Positions 31,483 to 42,527 of a stretch of 64,000 nucleotides of DNA are shown one piece after another. The translations under genes and the position numbers were made by a program. The stretch's first letter is position 1; each line of letters starts with the position of its first letter. Under the pieces are notes generated by a model. It was given only the letters and a program-made list of their open reading frames with translations, searched no databases and was not told where the DNA came from. Source of the DNA: Candidatus Saccharibacteria bacterium UBA5145 (GTDB lineage: Bacteria; Patescibacteriota; Saccharimonadia; Saccharimonadales; UBA4665); assembly GCA_002413865.1 (NCBI GenBank), contig DHXX01000012.1, positions 20,241 through 84,240 of the forward strand. The letters are read 5' to 3'.

Positions 31483-33810
31483 ATGTCCCAAAAGACATTA
31501 GCGTCTCCCATCTCAAACAAAGGTACTCTGGATGTTAGTGTAAATATTACCGCACATAAAGAAGGCTATTATATTCACAAGACAATAAAGGCAGCGGTGG
31601 AGTGTTGTGAGTACGCCAGAGTTCATGGATCTATCAGCTCGACGATACAAATTCATTTAGATAACCCTGATTCTTTAACCGAGCGAATCGTCGAACGCGC
31701 GATCACAAAATACCCCAACATAATAAAATATAAAAATAATTTTGGTGATCCATCCGTATCAAGAAATTTCCTGATTTCCAAATCGAAAAGTTCTTACATT
31801 CTATTTTGGGACGGAGACGATTTGTTTACGGAGAATTATATCTATGAGTCATATCGAGTGGCCAGATCTTATAAACATCCGTGCGTAGTATCCGCTAAGA
31901 ACATTATAAAATTTAATAATAATGTCGATCCGGTTGTCTATATGGCAGAATCAACACTCGATAAACCCGAAATTAAGTCTGCATTTTTCGAGACTAACCT
32001 ATACATATCACAAAACTTTGTGAGCACAGAGGTGTACAAGACCTGTAAATATGAATCTAATAACGACAACTACGGTTTTGAAGACTGGCACTGGAACACA
32101 AAGGTAATAAACGCGGGTTATGAATTCCTTGTTGCGCCGAATACATCATTTTTTTACAGGCAGAAGCCCGACGACAAATCACTTCTTAAAAAGCACACAA
32201 CATCTAATACCGTTCTTCGCCAATCAAGCTTATTTAAACCCGTCAAATTTCAGACGTTAACCCATAAAGAATATTACCGTGCCTCACCGCCAAAAATTGA
32301 AATTGCATACCAAAGCCCTATAAAAACTAAGGGCAGAGAAGTTCTGAATCGGATATCCCCAAACAACGGTGCCTTTTATCGTGGTGCAAAATTGACTTAT
32401 CGTACTATTCAAACCTCTGTAGCTCCGGCACTTCATCATCTAAGAAGTAAAACTAGTACATCACGCGAAGATTATTCTGCTATACAAAAGCCCCAAACGG
32501 AAACTCATAATAACAATAGTGGGGTGAAAAAATTTTTTGTAATAGAAGAAGAAGTAAAGTTTTGGAATAAGCTTAATAAGATCGAACCATTATTGTATTT
32601 CAGTAAATCTGTAATAGCAGGACTCCATGAATACAAATACACTTTTGAGCACAGTTTAGCTAGTGCGTATTATCTATTTTGTAAAACTTACGCAAAAAAG
32701 AAATTTACCGACATAATTTTTGTTCCATGGATAAACAAAGGTGGTGCAGACTTGGCAATTTTAGATTTGGCAAGGGTTCTAACGTCAAATGGAAGATTTG
32801 TGCTGCTAATCACGACTAGTGGCGTAGAGTCGCAATGGTATCAGGAAGCTGCAAGTATCAAGGGGCTAACAATCATACAGAGTCATGACAAAATATTTAA
32901 TGACTTAGACCATCTTAATATTAAACTTTTGTTTTTGCGTATTATTCAAAATTGGGGCATCAAAAGCGTTACGGTAATGAATTCTTCTATTGGTTTTGAG
33001 CTTCTCAATAGATACGGTAGGGCTATTAAAGATGCTGGGTGTAGAACCATAGTCCATAATTTTGCCTTTCCTGAAGACAACGGCCTAATGATCGAAGCGT
33101 TTCCTTCGTTTTCAGCTAGCCTAGAATTTATCGACTTTGTTATTGTAGATTCTTTGCAGCACAAACAATTAATCGAAGAAATATACGGGCTCCCAGATGA
33201 AATCATTACAAAGATACCTCTACCTATGACCGAAGGTCTGATTCAAAAAAATAGCAACCCCACAAAGAAAATATTATTCGCTAACCGTTTGGCGCGCGAA
33301 AAGCAACCCCAGGTAGCACTTGAGGTTGCCCGGAAACTTGCAAATGCCGGTATTCACATGGATATCTACGGTACTAAAGACGAGCAATTCTGTAATGAGA
33401 TTAAGTTTGATGAAGTAGTCGCAGATATCCAAAATGTCAGTTATAAAAAATCTTTCAATGGCTCAAAAGTATTGAATTTCGATGATTATGACATCTGTTT
33501 TATGCCCTCGCTGTACGAAGGCATACCACGGATTGCTCTGGACTCCATAAAGGCTAATCTTTTTGTAGTCTGTACTTCTGTAGGGGGGTTGCCGGAAATA
33601 GTAATGGACGGAGAAAACGGAATATTATTACCGTCCAATGCAACCGCAGACGATTTTGCTGATGCAATAATGAAATATTACAAAACCCCATCGCTTCAAG
33701 ATATTAAAAAAAGAAAAAGCTTTAATAGTAAGATTGTTGGGTTGCATTCTTACGAATATCATAAAACGCTTCTAGAGGGTATATACCTGGATAAGAACGA
33801 GGGCCGATAA
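31483..33810 (+). CDS. fused glycosyltransferase (N-terminal GT2-like, C-terminal GT1/GT4-like)
   Basis: N-terminal VSVNITAHKEGYYIHKTI...FWDGDDLF (GT-A) and C-terminal FMPSLYEGIPRIALDSIKANLFVVCTSVGGLPEIV (GT-B EX7E region). The ATG at 31483 is preferred over the GTG at 31468. Confidence 0.7.
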   Translation: MSQKTLASPISNKGTLDVSVNITAHKEGYYIHKTIKAAVECCEYARVHGSISSTIQIHLDNPDSLTERIVERAITKYPNIIKYKNNFGDPSVSRNFLISKSKSSYILFWDGDDLFTENYIYESYRVARSYKHPCVVSAKNIIKFNNNVDPVVYMAESTLDKPEIKSAFFETNLYISQNFVSTEVYKTCKYESNNDNYGFEDWHWNTKVINAGYEFLVAPNTSFFYRQKPDDKSLLKKHTTSNTVLRQSSLFKPVKFQTLTHKEYYRASPPKIEIAYQSPIKTKGREVLNRISPNNGAFYRGAKLTYRTIQTSVAPALHHLRSKTSTSREDYSAIQKPQTETHNNNSGVKKFFVIEEEVKFWNKLNKIEPLLYFSKSVIAGLHEYKYTFEHSLASAYYLFCKTYAKKKFTDIIFVPWINKGGADLAILDLARVLTSNGRFVLLITTSGVESQWYQEAASIKGLTIIQSHDKIFNDLDHLNIKLLFLRIIQNWGIKSVTVMNSSIGFELLNRYGRAIKDAGCRTIVHNFAFPEDNGLMIEAFPSFSASLEFIDFVIVDSLQHKQLIEEIYGLPDEIITKIPLPMTEGLIQKNSNPTKKILFANRLAREKQPQVALEVARKLANAGIHMDIYGTKDEQFCNEIKFDEVVADIQNVSYKKSFNGSKVLNFDDYDICFMPSLYEGIPRIALDSIKANLFVVCTSVGGLPEIVMDGENGILLPSNATADDFADAIMKYYKTPSLQDIKKRKSFNSKIVGLHSYEYHKTLLEGIYLDKNEGR

Positions 33811-33811
33811 A

Positions 33812-34780
33812 ATGGCTAAATGTATAGTTTTTGGAGCAACGGGCTTTATAGGCAGCCACTTAGTTAAGAAGCTGCTTGCGGATGGGCATGAGGTTACTAC
33901 CTTTGGCCGCAGAAAATATGATCCTGAAGCTCCAGATAATACAAAGTTAACACAAATTATCGGGGACTTTCTAAACGGATCTGATATAGACAACGCAGTT
34001 GCCGGGAATGAATATGTTTTTCATTTCGTGACGCTTACGAATCCGGTTAGTTCCGACTCGGATCCGTTTATTGATATTGAAACGAACGTAAAAATGACGA
34101 TTGTACTTCTAGAGGCTTGTGTGAAGCACGGCGTTAAGCGAGTAATTTACCCCTCAAGCGGGGGCTCTGTATATGGAGACGCAAAAAGAAGCCGGCATAA
34201 GGAAACCGACCCCACTAATCCGATGTCACCTTATGCAATTGGTAAAAATACCGTCGAGAATTACTTGCGCTATTACCACCTTAAGTACAACTTGGACTAC
34301 CTATGCCTCAGGGTTTCAAATGTCTATGGTGAAGGACAAGAGCTTGGCGGCAGCAACCACGGAATCGTTGCCGTATTCCTCAATTTAATTTCAAACAGCG
34401 CTAAACTTAGTATATTTGGTGACGGTTCTATGGGCAGGGATTACATATATGTTGAGGACTTCGTAACTCTAGTTGCCCGAATATTCGATATTAAAAAGTT
34501 GAACTACACTACATACAATATCGGTTCGGGCGAAGGCAGGAGTATATTGGATGTTGTTTCGACAATTGAAAACACTGTCGGCATAAAAGCAAAGCTAGAA
34601 TTCTTGCCAGCCCCCAAATCATTTGTACAAGCTGTCGTCCTTGACTGTAGTCGCGCACAGAATGAATTTGGAGAGTTTATGTCTGTGCCATTCGAAGATG
34701 GCGTGCGCGCAACATGGGACTATATGTCGAACAAAAAACATCCCGACAATGGCGACCCACTTTTAAGGGACGAAAATTGA
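33812..34780 (+). CDS. NAD-dependent sugar epimerase/dehydratase (SDR family)
   Basis: Rossmann motif VFGATGFIGSHLVKKL and catalytic YAIGK (YxxxK). Confidence 0.8.
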   Translation: MAKCIVFGATGFIGSHLVKKLLADGHEVTTFGRRKYDPEAPDNTKLTQIIGDFLNGSDIDNAVAGNEYVFHFVTLTNPVSSDSDPFIDIETNVKMTIVLLEACVKHGVKRVIYPSSGGSVYGDAKRSRHKETDPTNPMSPYAIGKNTVENYLRYYHLKYNLDYLCLRVSNVYGEGQELGGSNHGIVAVFLNLISNSAKLSIFGDGSMGRDYIYVEDFVTLVARIFDIKKLNYTTYNIGSGEGRSILDVVSTIENTVGIKAKLEFLPAPKSFVQAVVLDCSRAQNEFGEFMSVPFEDGVRATWDYMSNKKHPDNGDPLLRDEN

Positions 34781-34808
34781 TAGACAAAGTAATGAATCGG
34801 AGCAAATA

Positions 34809-36647
34809 TTGAAGAAAATTGCAAAGAGTGCTGCACGACTTACAGTGTTGAATATTAGAAAAGCGATTGCAAAAAACCCTCGTTTAAAAAACTCCATTAA
34901 ACGCGTAATAATTGCACAATTAGCGTCATCGAAAAACAAAAATACCCACATTGACTGGCTTAGTAAAAATTTGCCGGACTTCATCGACCTTATCGGCTTA
35001 AAAGCCTCGAGTGACGAATTGAGATTCAGACCACTAATCTCCATTATTGTCCCGACTTACGACACTGACATCGATTTTCTGCACGAATGCATCGATTCTG
35101 TCCGGGCACAGGTTTATGAGAATTGGGAGCTTTGCATCGTCGATGACGCATCGCCAAGCAGTGAAGTCCGCAAAGAAATTCAAGCGTACGCTGAAGCCGA
35201 CGAGCGCATCAAGTACAAATTTCTTAAGACCAATCGCCACATTGCCGGCGCGACCAATGCCGCCATTGAGCTCGCGACAGGAGATTTCATAAGCCTGCTT
35301 GATCATGACGATATTCTGTGGCCCAATGCTTTGTACGAAGTCGTTAAGGCGTTGAACAAAGACAAAACACTCGATCTCATATATACCGACGAAGACAAGA
35401 TAACCGAGGATCGCCACGAACACATCGGGGCATTCTTTAAGCCTGATTGGAACCCGGATTTCCTAAAAAGCGTCAACTATATCACGCACTTTGCGACCCT
35501 AAGTAAAGGGGTACTTACAAAAGTTGGCGGGTTGCGCGAGGACTACAACGGCGCCCAGGACTGGGATTTGTTTTTGCGGGTGACCGACGCCACTTCAAAA
35601 GTTCACCACATACCGAAAGTCGTTTACAGCTGGCGAGTCCACGATGGGTCGACGGCCAAAGACACCAACGCTAAGCCGTACGTCGTCGAGGCGCAACGTC
35701 GTGCGCTCACTGATGACTTGGGGAGAAAGGGAATTACCGACGCCAAGGTCGAGCGGGATAAAAAACATACCGGCTACTGGAATGTGACCTACCCCGTGAA
35801 GGGCGCACCACTCATCTCGATCGTCATCCCCAGCAAGAACCAATACAAAGTAGTTAAACGCTGCATTGACTCAATCTATGCAAAGACAACTTATGCTAAT
35901 TTTGAAATAGCTCTTGTTGATACGGGCAGTACCGATAAGAAGGTTTTGAAGTGGTATCAGAAGCTGCAAAATCAGCACAGTAACTTTACGCTCGTGAATT
36001 GGCCCGAGCAGCCCTTTAGCTATTCGCGAAGTTGCAATAAGGGAGCCGAGATTGCAAAGGGTGAGTTGCTAGTAATGCTCAACAATGACACCGAAGTTTT
36101 AACTCCAAATTGGCTCGAGCTGATGGCGGGTGACGCCCAGCGCAAAGAGATTGGAGCCGTTGGCTGTCTGTTATTCTTCCCCGATAAGATTCACATCCAA
36201 CATGCCGGCGTCGGGGTTGGTTTGGGCGGTGTGGCGGCGAATTCTTTCTCGATGATGACCCTATCGCAGCCCATGACCCAAACCCAGCACCTGATGCTGA
36301 ACACCAAGCACAACATGACGGTAGTAACGGCCGCCTGTCTAATGATTCGCAAGGAACTATTCACTACAATCGGTGGCTTTGACGACGCTCTGCGGGTCAC
36401 CTACAATGACGTCGACCTCTGCTTAAGGATTTACGACGCTGGATATCAAAACCTCTATACGCCGCACGTGCGTTTGCTGCACCATGAATCAATCAGTGTT
36501 GGCTTGCCGGGTGAGATCAAGAAGCGCGACACGACAGAATTCCGGGCCGCCAAAAACCTATTCATTAAACGCTGGGCCAAATACGTTGAGCATGACCCTA
36601 ATCTCAATCCCAATCTGAATAAAGATAACGCTTTTTACGACGTATAG
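34809..36647 (+). CDS. glycosyltransferase with two tandem GT2 domains
   Basis: Two GT-A N-terminal motifs: ISIIVPTYDTDIDFLHECIDSVRAQ...IVDDASP and ISIVIPSKNQYKVVKRCIDSIYAKT...LNNDTEV. TTG start with GGAG 8 nt upstream, and no in-frame ATG nearby. Confidence 0.7.
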   Translation: MKKIAKSAARLTVLNIRKAIAKNPRLKNSIKRVIIAQLASSKNKNTHIDWLSKNLPDFIDLIGLKASSDELRFRPLISIIVPTYDTDIDFLHECIDSVRAQVYENWELCIVDDASPSSEVRKEIQAYAEADERIKYKFLKTNRHIAGATNAAIELATGDFISLLDHDDILWPNALYEVVKALNKDKTLDLIYTDEDKITEDRHEHIGAFFKPDWNPDFLKSVNYITHFATLSKGVLTKVGGLREDYNGAQDWDLFLRVTDATSKVHHIPKVVYSWRVHDGSTAKDTNAKPYVVEAQRRALTDDLGRKGITDAKVERDKKHTGYWNVTYPVKGAPLISIVIPSKNQYKVVKRCIDSIYAKTTYANFEIALVDTGSTDKKVLKWYQKLQNQHSNFTLVNWPEQPFSYSRSCNKGAEIAKGELLVMLNNDTEVLTPNWLELMAGDAQRKEIGAVGCLLFFPDKIHIQHAGVGVGLGGVAANSFSMMTLSQPMTQTQHLMLNTKHNMTVVTAACLMIRKELFTTIGGFDDALRVTYNDVDLCLRIYDAGYQNLYTPHVRLLHHESISVGLPGEIKKRDTTEFRAAKNLFIKRWAKYVEHDPNLNPNLNKDNAFYDV

Positions 36648-36706
36648 ACGCCAAAATCGGTCACGATTGTTTAACTACTCGTATTTGGGATTGCTAAGAG
36701 AATAGG

Positions 36707-38305
36707 TTAGGAGGATTTCTCTTCGTGGTATTCTTTTTCAACGTTTACGTCCCATATGTTGTCCTTGTCTTTGCGCCCTGCAATGATATTCTGGACCGAA
36801 GTCATTGCGGTTAGCATTGAATGGTCCTGGTTGTTGTAACGATGCATACCGTTACGACCAACTAGGAATAGATTCTCGAAAGAATCAGTAAATTTACGGA
36901 CTTCGCTAAAGCGGCTGTAGGTACCAAAGTATGCTGGGTATGTCTTCTTGATTCGGATAACCGTGCTATCGATGACGTCTTTTTCGTCTATAACACCGAT
37001 ACTTGCCAGCTCTTTGATGCCAAACGCAGACATATCCTTGTCTTTCTTAGTCCAGAACTCATCCCCTTCGTTCACGAAGTATTCCATACCAACCCAAACG
37101 TTGTCGCTATTTTTGACGAGATAGGGGCTCCAGTTATTGAAGATTTGTAAACGTCCAACCTTAACATTAGGTTCCTGAATATAAATCCAGTTGTCAGGTA
37201 CGACGTTATTCTTAGTTTTTCGTTCAGTCTCGTTTTTTATTTTAAGTTTTTTCATAAGTAAACCGACAGTTATAAAATCTCGATATGGTAGGCCGGCGGC
37301 CACTTCTTTTACGTTTTTTGGAACTTTAATGCCTTCAAACGAGGCGATAAGTTCGTTAACTGGCATGGTTGAAAAGAAATAATCACCCGAAATCTTTTTA
37401 GTTTTTCCGGTCTCAGTGTCTAAAACATCAACGGCTAAGATCTTACCTTTTTCAGCATGAATCTTGGTAATAGCACGGTTTTTCGTAACTATACCGCCTT
37501 TTTTCTGGATGATCTTTGTAACTGTTTTCCACATGTGACCAGGTCCAAGCTTAGGGTAGAGAAAGTACTCAATCAGACTTGTCTCGGTATCTTTTTGTGA
37601 GATATCACCCTTACGCTTGGGGGTGACTGCTTTCTTCAGAGCGTGAGTGACTGCTTTAGTGACTGATAAACCTTTTACTCGTTGTGCTCCCCAGTCGGCC
37701 GCGATTTCAGAGCAGGGAACACCCCAGACTTTCTCGGTGTAGTCGCGAAAGAAGGTGTTATAAAGCTCTCGGCCAAAACGGTTTACATAAAAGTCTTCCA
37801 AAGATTTCTCTGGAATTGGCTTGATTCGTGCTTTGACGTAGCTGACTCCCATTTTTGCAATTCTGCCGACACCTAGGTTTTTGATGGTCGATGCTTCCAG
37901 GGTGATTGGATAATTAAAGAATTGCCCGCCATAGAATATACGGCTCAGGCGGCTCCTGACTAGCATTACATCGTTAGTTTTTGTTGGGTCTGCACCATCG
38001 CCGCCGGCTATTTCTCTAGACTTGCCCTGATAATTGAGCGTGAATGATTTCGAAGCGTCTGTCTTCTCGATTGGCAATATATTGTGCCACCACTGCATAA
38101 CTGTATCTGATTTGCTGAAGAAGCGGTGCCCACCAATATCTATACGATTGCCTTTATAATTAACGGTTTTCGATATGCCGCCGATTGCCGGTGAAGCCTC
38201 AAATACAAGGGGCATGATGTTGGACTTATGTAGCAACTCATAAGCGGCCGTAAGGCCTGCGGGACCAGCACCAATGATGATAGCTGTCTTTTGTTTAGAT
38301 TTCAT
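36707..38305 (-). CDS. FAD/NAD(P)-binding oxidoreductase (amine-oxidase / UDP-galactopyranose-mutase-like fold)
   Basis: Dinucleotide-binding motif [20 protein letters not shown]. Start taken at MKSKQK (ATG 38305, GGAG RBS), 13 nt after the gtrA-like stop. Confidence 0.65.
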   Translation of the reverse strand: MKSKQKTAIIIGAGPAGLTAAYELLHKSNIMPLVFEASPAIGGISKTVNYKGNRIDIGGHRFFSKSDTVMQWWHNILPIEKTDASKSFTLNYQGKSREIAGGDGADPTKTNDVMLVRSRLSRIFYGGQFFNYPITLEASTIKNLGVGRIAKMGVSYVKARIKPIPEKSLEDFYVNRFGRELYNTFFRDYTEKVWGVPCSEIAADWGAQRVKGLSVTKAVTHALKKAVTPKRKGDISQKDTETSLIEYFLYPKLGPGHMWKTVTKIIQKKGGIVTKNRAITKIHAEKGKILAVDVLDTETGKTKKISGDYFFSTMPVNELIASFEGIKVPKNVKEVAAGLPYRDFITVGLLMKKLKIKNETERKTKNNVVPDNWIYIQEPNVKVGRLQIFNNWSPYLVKNSDNVWVGMEYFVNEGDEFWTKKDKDMSAFGIKELASIGVIDEKDVIDSTVIRIKKTYPAYFGTYSRFSEVRKFTDSFENLFLVGRNGMHRYNNQDHSMLTAMTSVQNIIAGRKDKDNIWDVNVEKEYHEEKSS

Positions 38306-38318
38306 TTGGAACTCCTGG

Positions 38319-38732
38319 TTAACTAAATATAAATTTTTTACGAGCGCCAAAATTCCAGAAATAGACAATAACGGTAGCAATCACCTTTGAAGTAACATAA
38401 TAAAGAACTAGGCCACTAACTAAAGCCCACATTATCAAATCCGTTAGGCCTAAACCAATCAGCCCGATTATAGAGAAGATAATGAAGTCACGCCATTGAT
38501 TCTGTGAGCTTGAGTGGTGAAAAACCCAATAAATGCTTAAGCCATAGTTTAATAGCAAGCCTGCTACAAAGGAAATGGAAGCGGCTAGAAGGTAATTGAT
38601 GTGAGCGTATTGTACCAGTATCACAAGCCCGACAAAATCTACAGCGAGTGCTGCAACGGACACAATACCGTAGCGCAAAAACTGCACACGTAAATCGGTA
38701 GACCTATGGATAAGTAGATTTTTTAGCCTCAT
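38319..38732 (-). CDS. GtrA family membrane protein
   Basis: 137 aa, four TM helices, N-terminal [24 protein letters not shown] and central [10 protein letters not shown], typical of the GtrA-like family. Confidence 0.75.
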   Translation of the reverse strand: MRLKNLLIHRSTDLRVQFLRYGIVSVAALAVDFVGLVILVQYAHINYLLAASISFVAGLLLNYGLSIYWVFHHSSSQNQWRDFIIFSIIGLIGLGLTDLIMWALVSGLVLYYVTSKVIATVIVYFWNFGARKKFIFS

Positions 38733-38777
38733 CGATTGGATTGTATCATACTATGCCACTACTGTAATCTATGCCCC

Positions 38778-39080
38778 TTATGTAATGTATAATGATCTGT
38801 AATTCATGAATAAACCAAAACTTTCAAGTTTATTATGCCACTCTAACTCGGTATCGCGCACACCAATAACCCGGTGTAATTCGTCGATCTGGGCTTGGCT
38901 AACGTTGGCACCGTTCTTCTTGCGTTTATTCGTGAATTGCTCGGGCAAAGCTTGCTTGGCAGCATCGCGCCATTTAGTAATTTGAGTGGGATGAACCTCA
39001 TACTGAGTGGCTACTTGGTTAATGTTTTTATCACCTGCCAGAGCCGCCAAAGCGACTGTAGTACGTATATGTTTTCGCAT
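38778..39080 (-). mobile_element. orphan IS3-family OrfA (HTH transposase N-terminal ORF); IS remnant
   Basis: ALAALAGDKNINQVATQYEVHPTQITKWRDAAKQALPEQF...QIDELHRVIGVRDTELEW resembles IS3 OrfA (HTH plus leucine-zipper region). No OrfB/DDE ORF follows. Confidence 0.6.
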
Positions 39081-39198
39081 ACTGCAATCTACTTATGGTT
39101 CGATAGTCAACCAAGCCTACCGGCTCGCTACTACCTATAGTATGTCCAGAAAAGAGATTTTAACGGGCTTTGTGGTTTTAGTCGACCACTATACTGCA

Positions 39199-40713
39199 CT
39201 ACCGATTAGGTACTAAGTATAGAAAGTATACTTCGTCATCTTTAGCAGCTGATCGATTGAATTTAGCTATAAATTTTACCTTTTTTGCTTGGTAGGCATT
39301 AAATTGAAAAGGGCTTATCAACAAAACATCGCTATTTTTGTCATGTGCAATTTTTACCGAAACATCAATTTCTCGATTAAAAGTGTTAGGTTGTTGCCTT
39401 CTTAAGTCCCATATAACAAAACTACCCCATCTTGCAGACTGAGGGTAATAGGCAGTTTTATTTAAATAACCTAAGACAGGCGAGGTATTATAATCTAAGT
39501 AGCCAACTATAGGTAAACTTTCCAGGTTACTAGATTTTATATAATTAGCTGCTGTCTTTGCGTCCGAAAATGGAAAGTTTATATCTTGATAGACAGCTAC
39601 ACCACCTGCGATAAACTGCAATGATATCAATAGAGTGATAATTATCTGCTGGTATAGGATTAGTCCCTTACCCGTTTTATACTTCTTCTGCTCTGCAAAT
39701 AACAGCCAAACACATGCAAAAAACAAAATATACAAATAGCCGTGATGCCGCAGTGATGCTAAATACTTTAGCTCAAAAAAACTAATTAGTATCGCTGAGC
39801 CAACTATATATGTAGCTAATATTTTAATATTTCTTGAGAAGAAAATCACGGCTGCAACAATTAGTGAGCTTGACAGCAAAACAAGGTCGTTGACTCTCGT
39901 TACAAAGTTACTGCCCCAAAATGTTGCAATACGTTGGGGTATTGGAGCATAGCTTTCCCAAACTGTTGCAATTGCGTATCCAATCCCAGTAGATTTGGGG
40001 CCAACGACAGGTACTTCGTCAGAAGGTGGCCTGACTTGAGCGTAACAAAGAAGTAGCCCAACTATACTAATCAGTCCCACTAGAACGAGTGGCGACCAGC
40101 TACGATTTTCCTTACTGGTGCTCAATAAGAAATTCCATAATACGTATATTATCAATGCAGGGACTAATAGCACAGCGATTGAGTTTGATTGCGTAATTAA
40201 AAATATGCTAAGACCAATAGCTAAGTAGTTCTTATGTTCTGCTGTCATTAGAACGCAAAAAATAATAACGAATAATACTCCTAGTCCGTAGCTACGAGCT
40301 ATTATTCCGTACTCATAAAAAGAAAAGTATCCAAATGCGATTAAGATTTTCTGTATTCTATTAAATGGGGAATATCTTGCTATAAGGTAGACTGAGGCTG
40401 TAGCTATTGCAATACTAATTAGCTGCATGGCTATAGGGTTGCTCGTGAATCTTGATAAGCAAAAAAGTAATAAATGCCACAGAGGAGGCGACCCTTCATA
40501 CCGTATATTATGAAAAAGGTTAATTGGGTTTGTGCTATGAACTGCAATTAGCCAAGCTTGAAGTTCATCCCGCCACATTTCATGGAAATGCATTACTGCG
40601 AGTTCGCATATAAAAAATATTGAAGTTAGGCTTAATGTAAATCGTGTATTTTTTACATATTCAACGAGAGTGATACGAATTGTCTTATATTTTTTGCTGT
40701 AGAGATAGTGCAT
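39199..40713 (-). CDS. polytopic membrane protein, putative GT-C-type glycosyltransferase
   Basis: 504 aa with ~12 TM helices in the N-terminal two-thirds, an acidic first-loop motif (WRDELQAW), and a soluble C-terminal ~130 aa. Very AT-rich by eye. Confidence 0.4.
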   Translation of the reverse strand: MHYLYSKKYKTIRITLVEYVKNTRFTLSLTSIFFICELAVMHFHEMWRDELQAWLIAVHSTNPINLFHNIRYEGSPPLWHLLLFCLSRFTSNPIAMQLISIAIATASVYLIARYSPFNRIQKILIAFGYFSFYEYGIIARSYGLGVLFVIIFCVLMTAEHKNYLAIGLSIFLITQSNSIAVLLVPALIIYVLWNFLLSTSKENRSWSPLVLVGLISIVGLLLCYAQVRPPSDEVPVVGPKSTGIGYAIATVWESYAPIPQRIATFWGSNFVTRVNDLVLLSSSLIVAAVIFFSRNIKILATYIVGSAILISFFELKYLASLRHHGYLYILFFACVWLLFAEQKKYKTGKGLILYQQIIITLLISLQFIAGGVAVYQDINFPFSDAKTAANYIKSSNLESLPIVGYLDYNTSPVLGYLNKTAYYPQSARWGSFVIWDLRRQQPNTFNREIDVSVKIAHDKNSDVLLISPFQFNAYQAKKVKFIAKFNRSAAKDDEVYFLYLVPNR

Positions 40714-40736
40714 TAAACTTTTGGGAACAGAGTTAT

Positions 40737-42527
40737 TTACGGTTGATACCAGGCATTACCTTCCGCGCGGAAGGTGCCGTTATTAACGAGGACCGATTTT
40801 TCCCACGCATCGGTTGTAAAGAAGTGTTCGTAAGATTTTGGATTATATAGTCGATATACGGGTGCACCTGCGTTCGACGGATTGCCATACCAAGCGATAC
40901 CTTCATCTTGCCAGCCGGAAGTACTTATAAGTACCGATTTTTCCCAGGCATCCGCCGTAAAGAGATGTGACCCGAGAGCGGGGTTATATAATCGATAAAC
41001 GGGGGCAGAAGTGCTCGTTTGACTAGCCCGCCAAGCAGCGCCTTCATAGGTGTAGCCGGCTTGGATCATCTGGTCGCGTTCGTAGACATCTTCGGTCCAG
41101 AAGTGTGTGCTGCCAGCCATGTTGCCAAATCGATAGACTAGCTCCTGTCCGGCTGGCGGGGCAACTTCTTGGCGGACCGTACTAATAGAAGTAAAAGCCA
41201 CGCCTTCATAGTTATAGCCTTGGGCAATCAAGTAATCACGATCTGCAATGCTGGCCACCCATTTGTGAATTTGCATCGTTGGGGAATACAATCGAAATAC
41301 TGGGTAACCGGTATTGGTATTGCCTGGGTCGGCATAGAAATCTACGCCCCGACCAGTATATCCAATTGCCACTAGGCCATCATACTCTGCCTTGCTGGCA
41401 GTAATGAAGCCATCCCCAGCAGGTGAATCAAGTAGGTACACAGGTATATTCCCAGTCAGCGGCACCACGTTACCGTAGAAGGCAATGCCTTGATAGTCGT
41501 AGACGGAGTTGTCGACGAGATCTTGCCTGAGGGCAACTGAAGATGTGTAATAGGGTTTTCCTGTCGGGCTGGTCAGGAACCAGATACAAGATCGGGTCGT
41601 GTTGGTCGCCACGGTACAGCCAGGCATAGGTACTGATTTAGTACTGCCAAACCACTGCGTGAAAATATTGTAAAAACTCTGATTCCCCGGGAAGTGCGGG
41701 GTATACCAATAGAGTGCCGCGGTCGCGCCGCTTTGTACTTGAACAGCGGTGCTATCGATAGTCAATAGGCCGTCGTGATAGGTTGCCGCTGCGCTCGGAC
41801 AGACCGCAAAAGTACCGGCAGTGGTCGGACCGCCATAACAAGACTGCGGGTCATCTGAATTGTCCCAATTACCTTTGATTACTGCCCAGCTAACGTTGCC
41901 GTGAGAACGTTGCTCCCCAAATCTAAGCAGCCACGTCGCCCGAATAACCTGCTCGGTAAAGCCGGCTTTGAGGGGGCTGTTAACGCAAGTGTTGGTGACG
42001 GAGTTAACGGGTGTGCCGTGAGAATAAAATAATGGCGTCGATAAAGTCCCAGGGTCGGTGCCGTTGGTGTAGGTGTAAGTATGGCTGGCGGTGTCCGAAT
42101 CGGTACAGGCATAACCCGCGACCGCCGACAAGGCCAAGGCGCTACACCCGTAGGGGCCGTTGCCAACCACCGTGCCTTCCTCTTTCTGAAGCGTAGACAG
42201 AAGAACCTGCGGGTTCAGCCCATAGGCTTGGGCGGCATCGTAGATTACCTGGCCGGCCGAGACAGGGGCTCCATAGAGATAGCCGTTCGTCGGGTTGTAG
42301 CCCGTGGGATCAGGGGCGCTAAAGCCATTGTTAGTGCTAATGCAGCTGCTGGGAAAACCGTTGAGAAAGGTGTCGATCTGGCCCGCGTTCATCGAGTTAA
42401 AATTATTAAAAACAGAGTCATCGATGATGTCGTTCTGGTCGAAAGTGTAAGCGTGGGCTGTGCCCGAGACTCCCAGACTAATTAGTACGGCTAAAACCGC
42501 CAGGGAATAGAGTTTTCGCTTGATCAT
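40737..42527 (-). CDS. secreted protein with ~45-aa PVYRLYNP...H.FT...E...G...EG.AWY repeats
   Basis: Signal peptide ends GTAHA. The N-terminal domain contains AAQAYGLNPQVLLSTLQKEEG. The C-terminus has five or six repeats (PVYRLYNPALGSHLFTADAWEKSVL..., PVYRLYNPKSYEHFFTTDAWEKSVL...). Confidence 0.55.
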   Translation of the reverse strand: MIKRKLYSLAVLAVLISLGVSGTAHAYTFDQNDIIDDSVFNNFNSMNAGQIDTFLNGFPSSCISTNNGFSAPDPTGYNPTNGYLYGAPVSAGQVIYDAAQAYGLNPQVLLSTLQKEEGTVVGNGPYGCSALALSAVAGYACTDSDTASHTYTYTNGTDPGTLSTPLFYSHGTPVNSVTNTCVNSPLKAGFTEQVIRATWLLRFGEQRSHGNVSWAVIKGNWDNSDDPQSCYGGPTTAGTFAVCPSAAATYHDGLLTIDSTAVQVQSGATAALYWYTPHFPGNQSFYNIFTQWFGSTKSVPMPGCTVATNTTRSCIWFLTSPTGKPYYTSSVALRQDLVDNSVYDYQGIAFYGNVVPLTGNIPVYLLDSPAGDGFITASKAEYDGLVAIGYTGRGVDFYADPGNTNTGYPVFRLYSPTMQIHKWVASIADRDYLIAQGYNYEGVAFTSISTVRQEVAPPAGQELVYRFGNMAGSTHFWTEDVYERDQMIQAGYTYEGAAWRASQTSTSAPVYRLYNPALGSHLFTADAWEKSVLISTSGWQDEGIAWYGNPSNAGAPVYRLYNPKSYEHFFTTDAWEKSVLVNNGTFRAEGNAWYQP

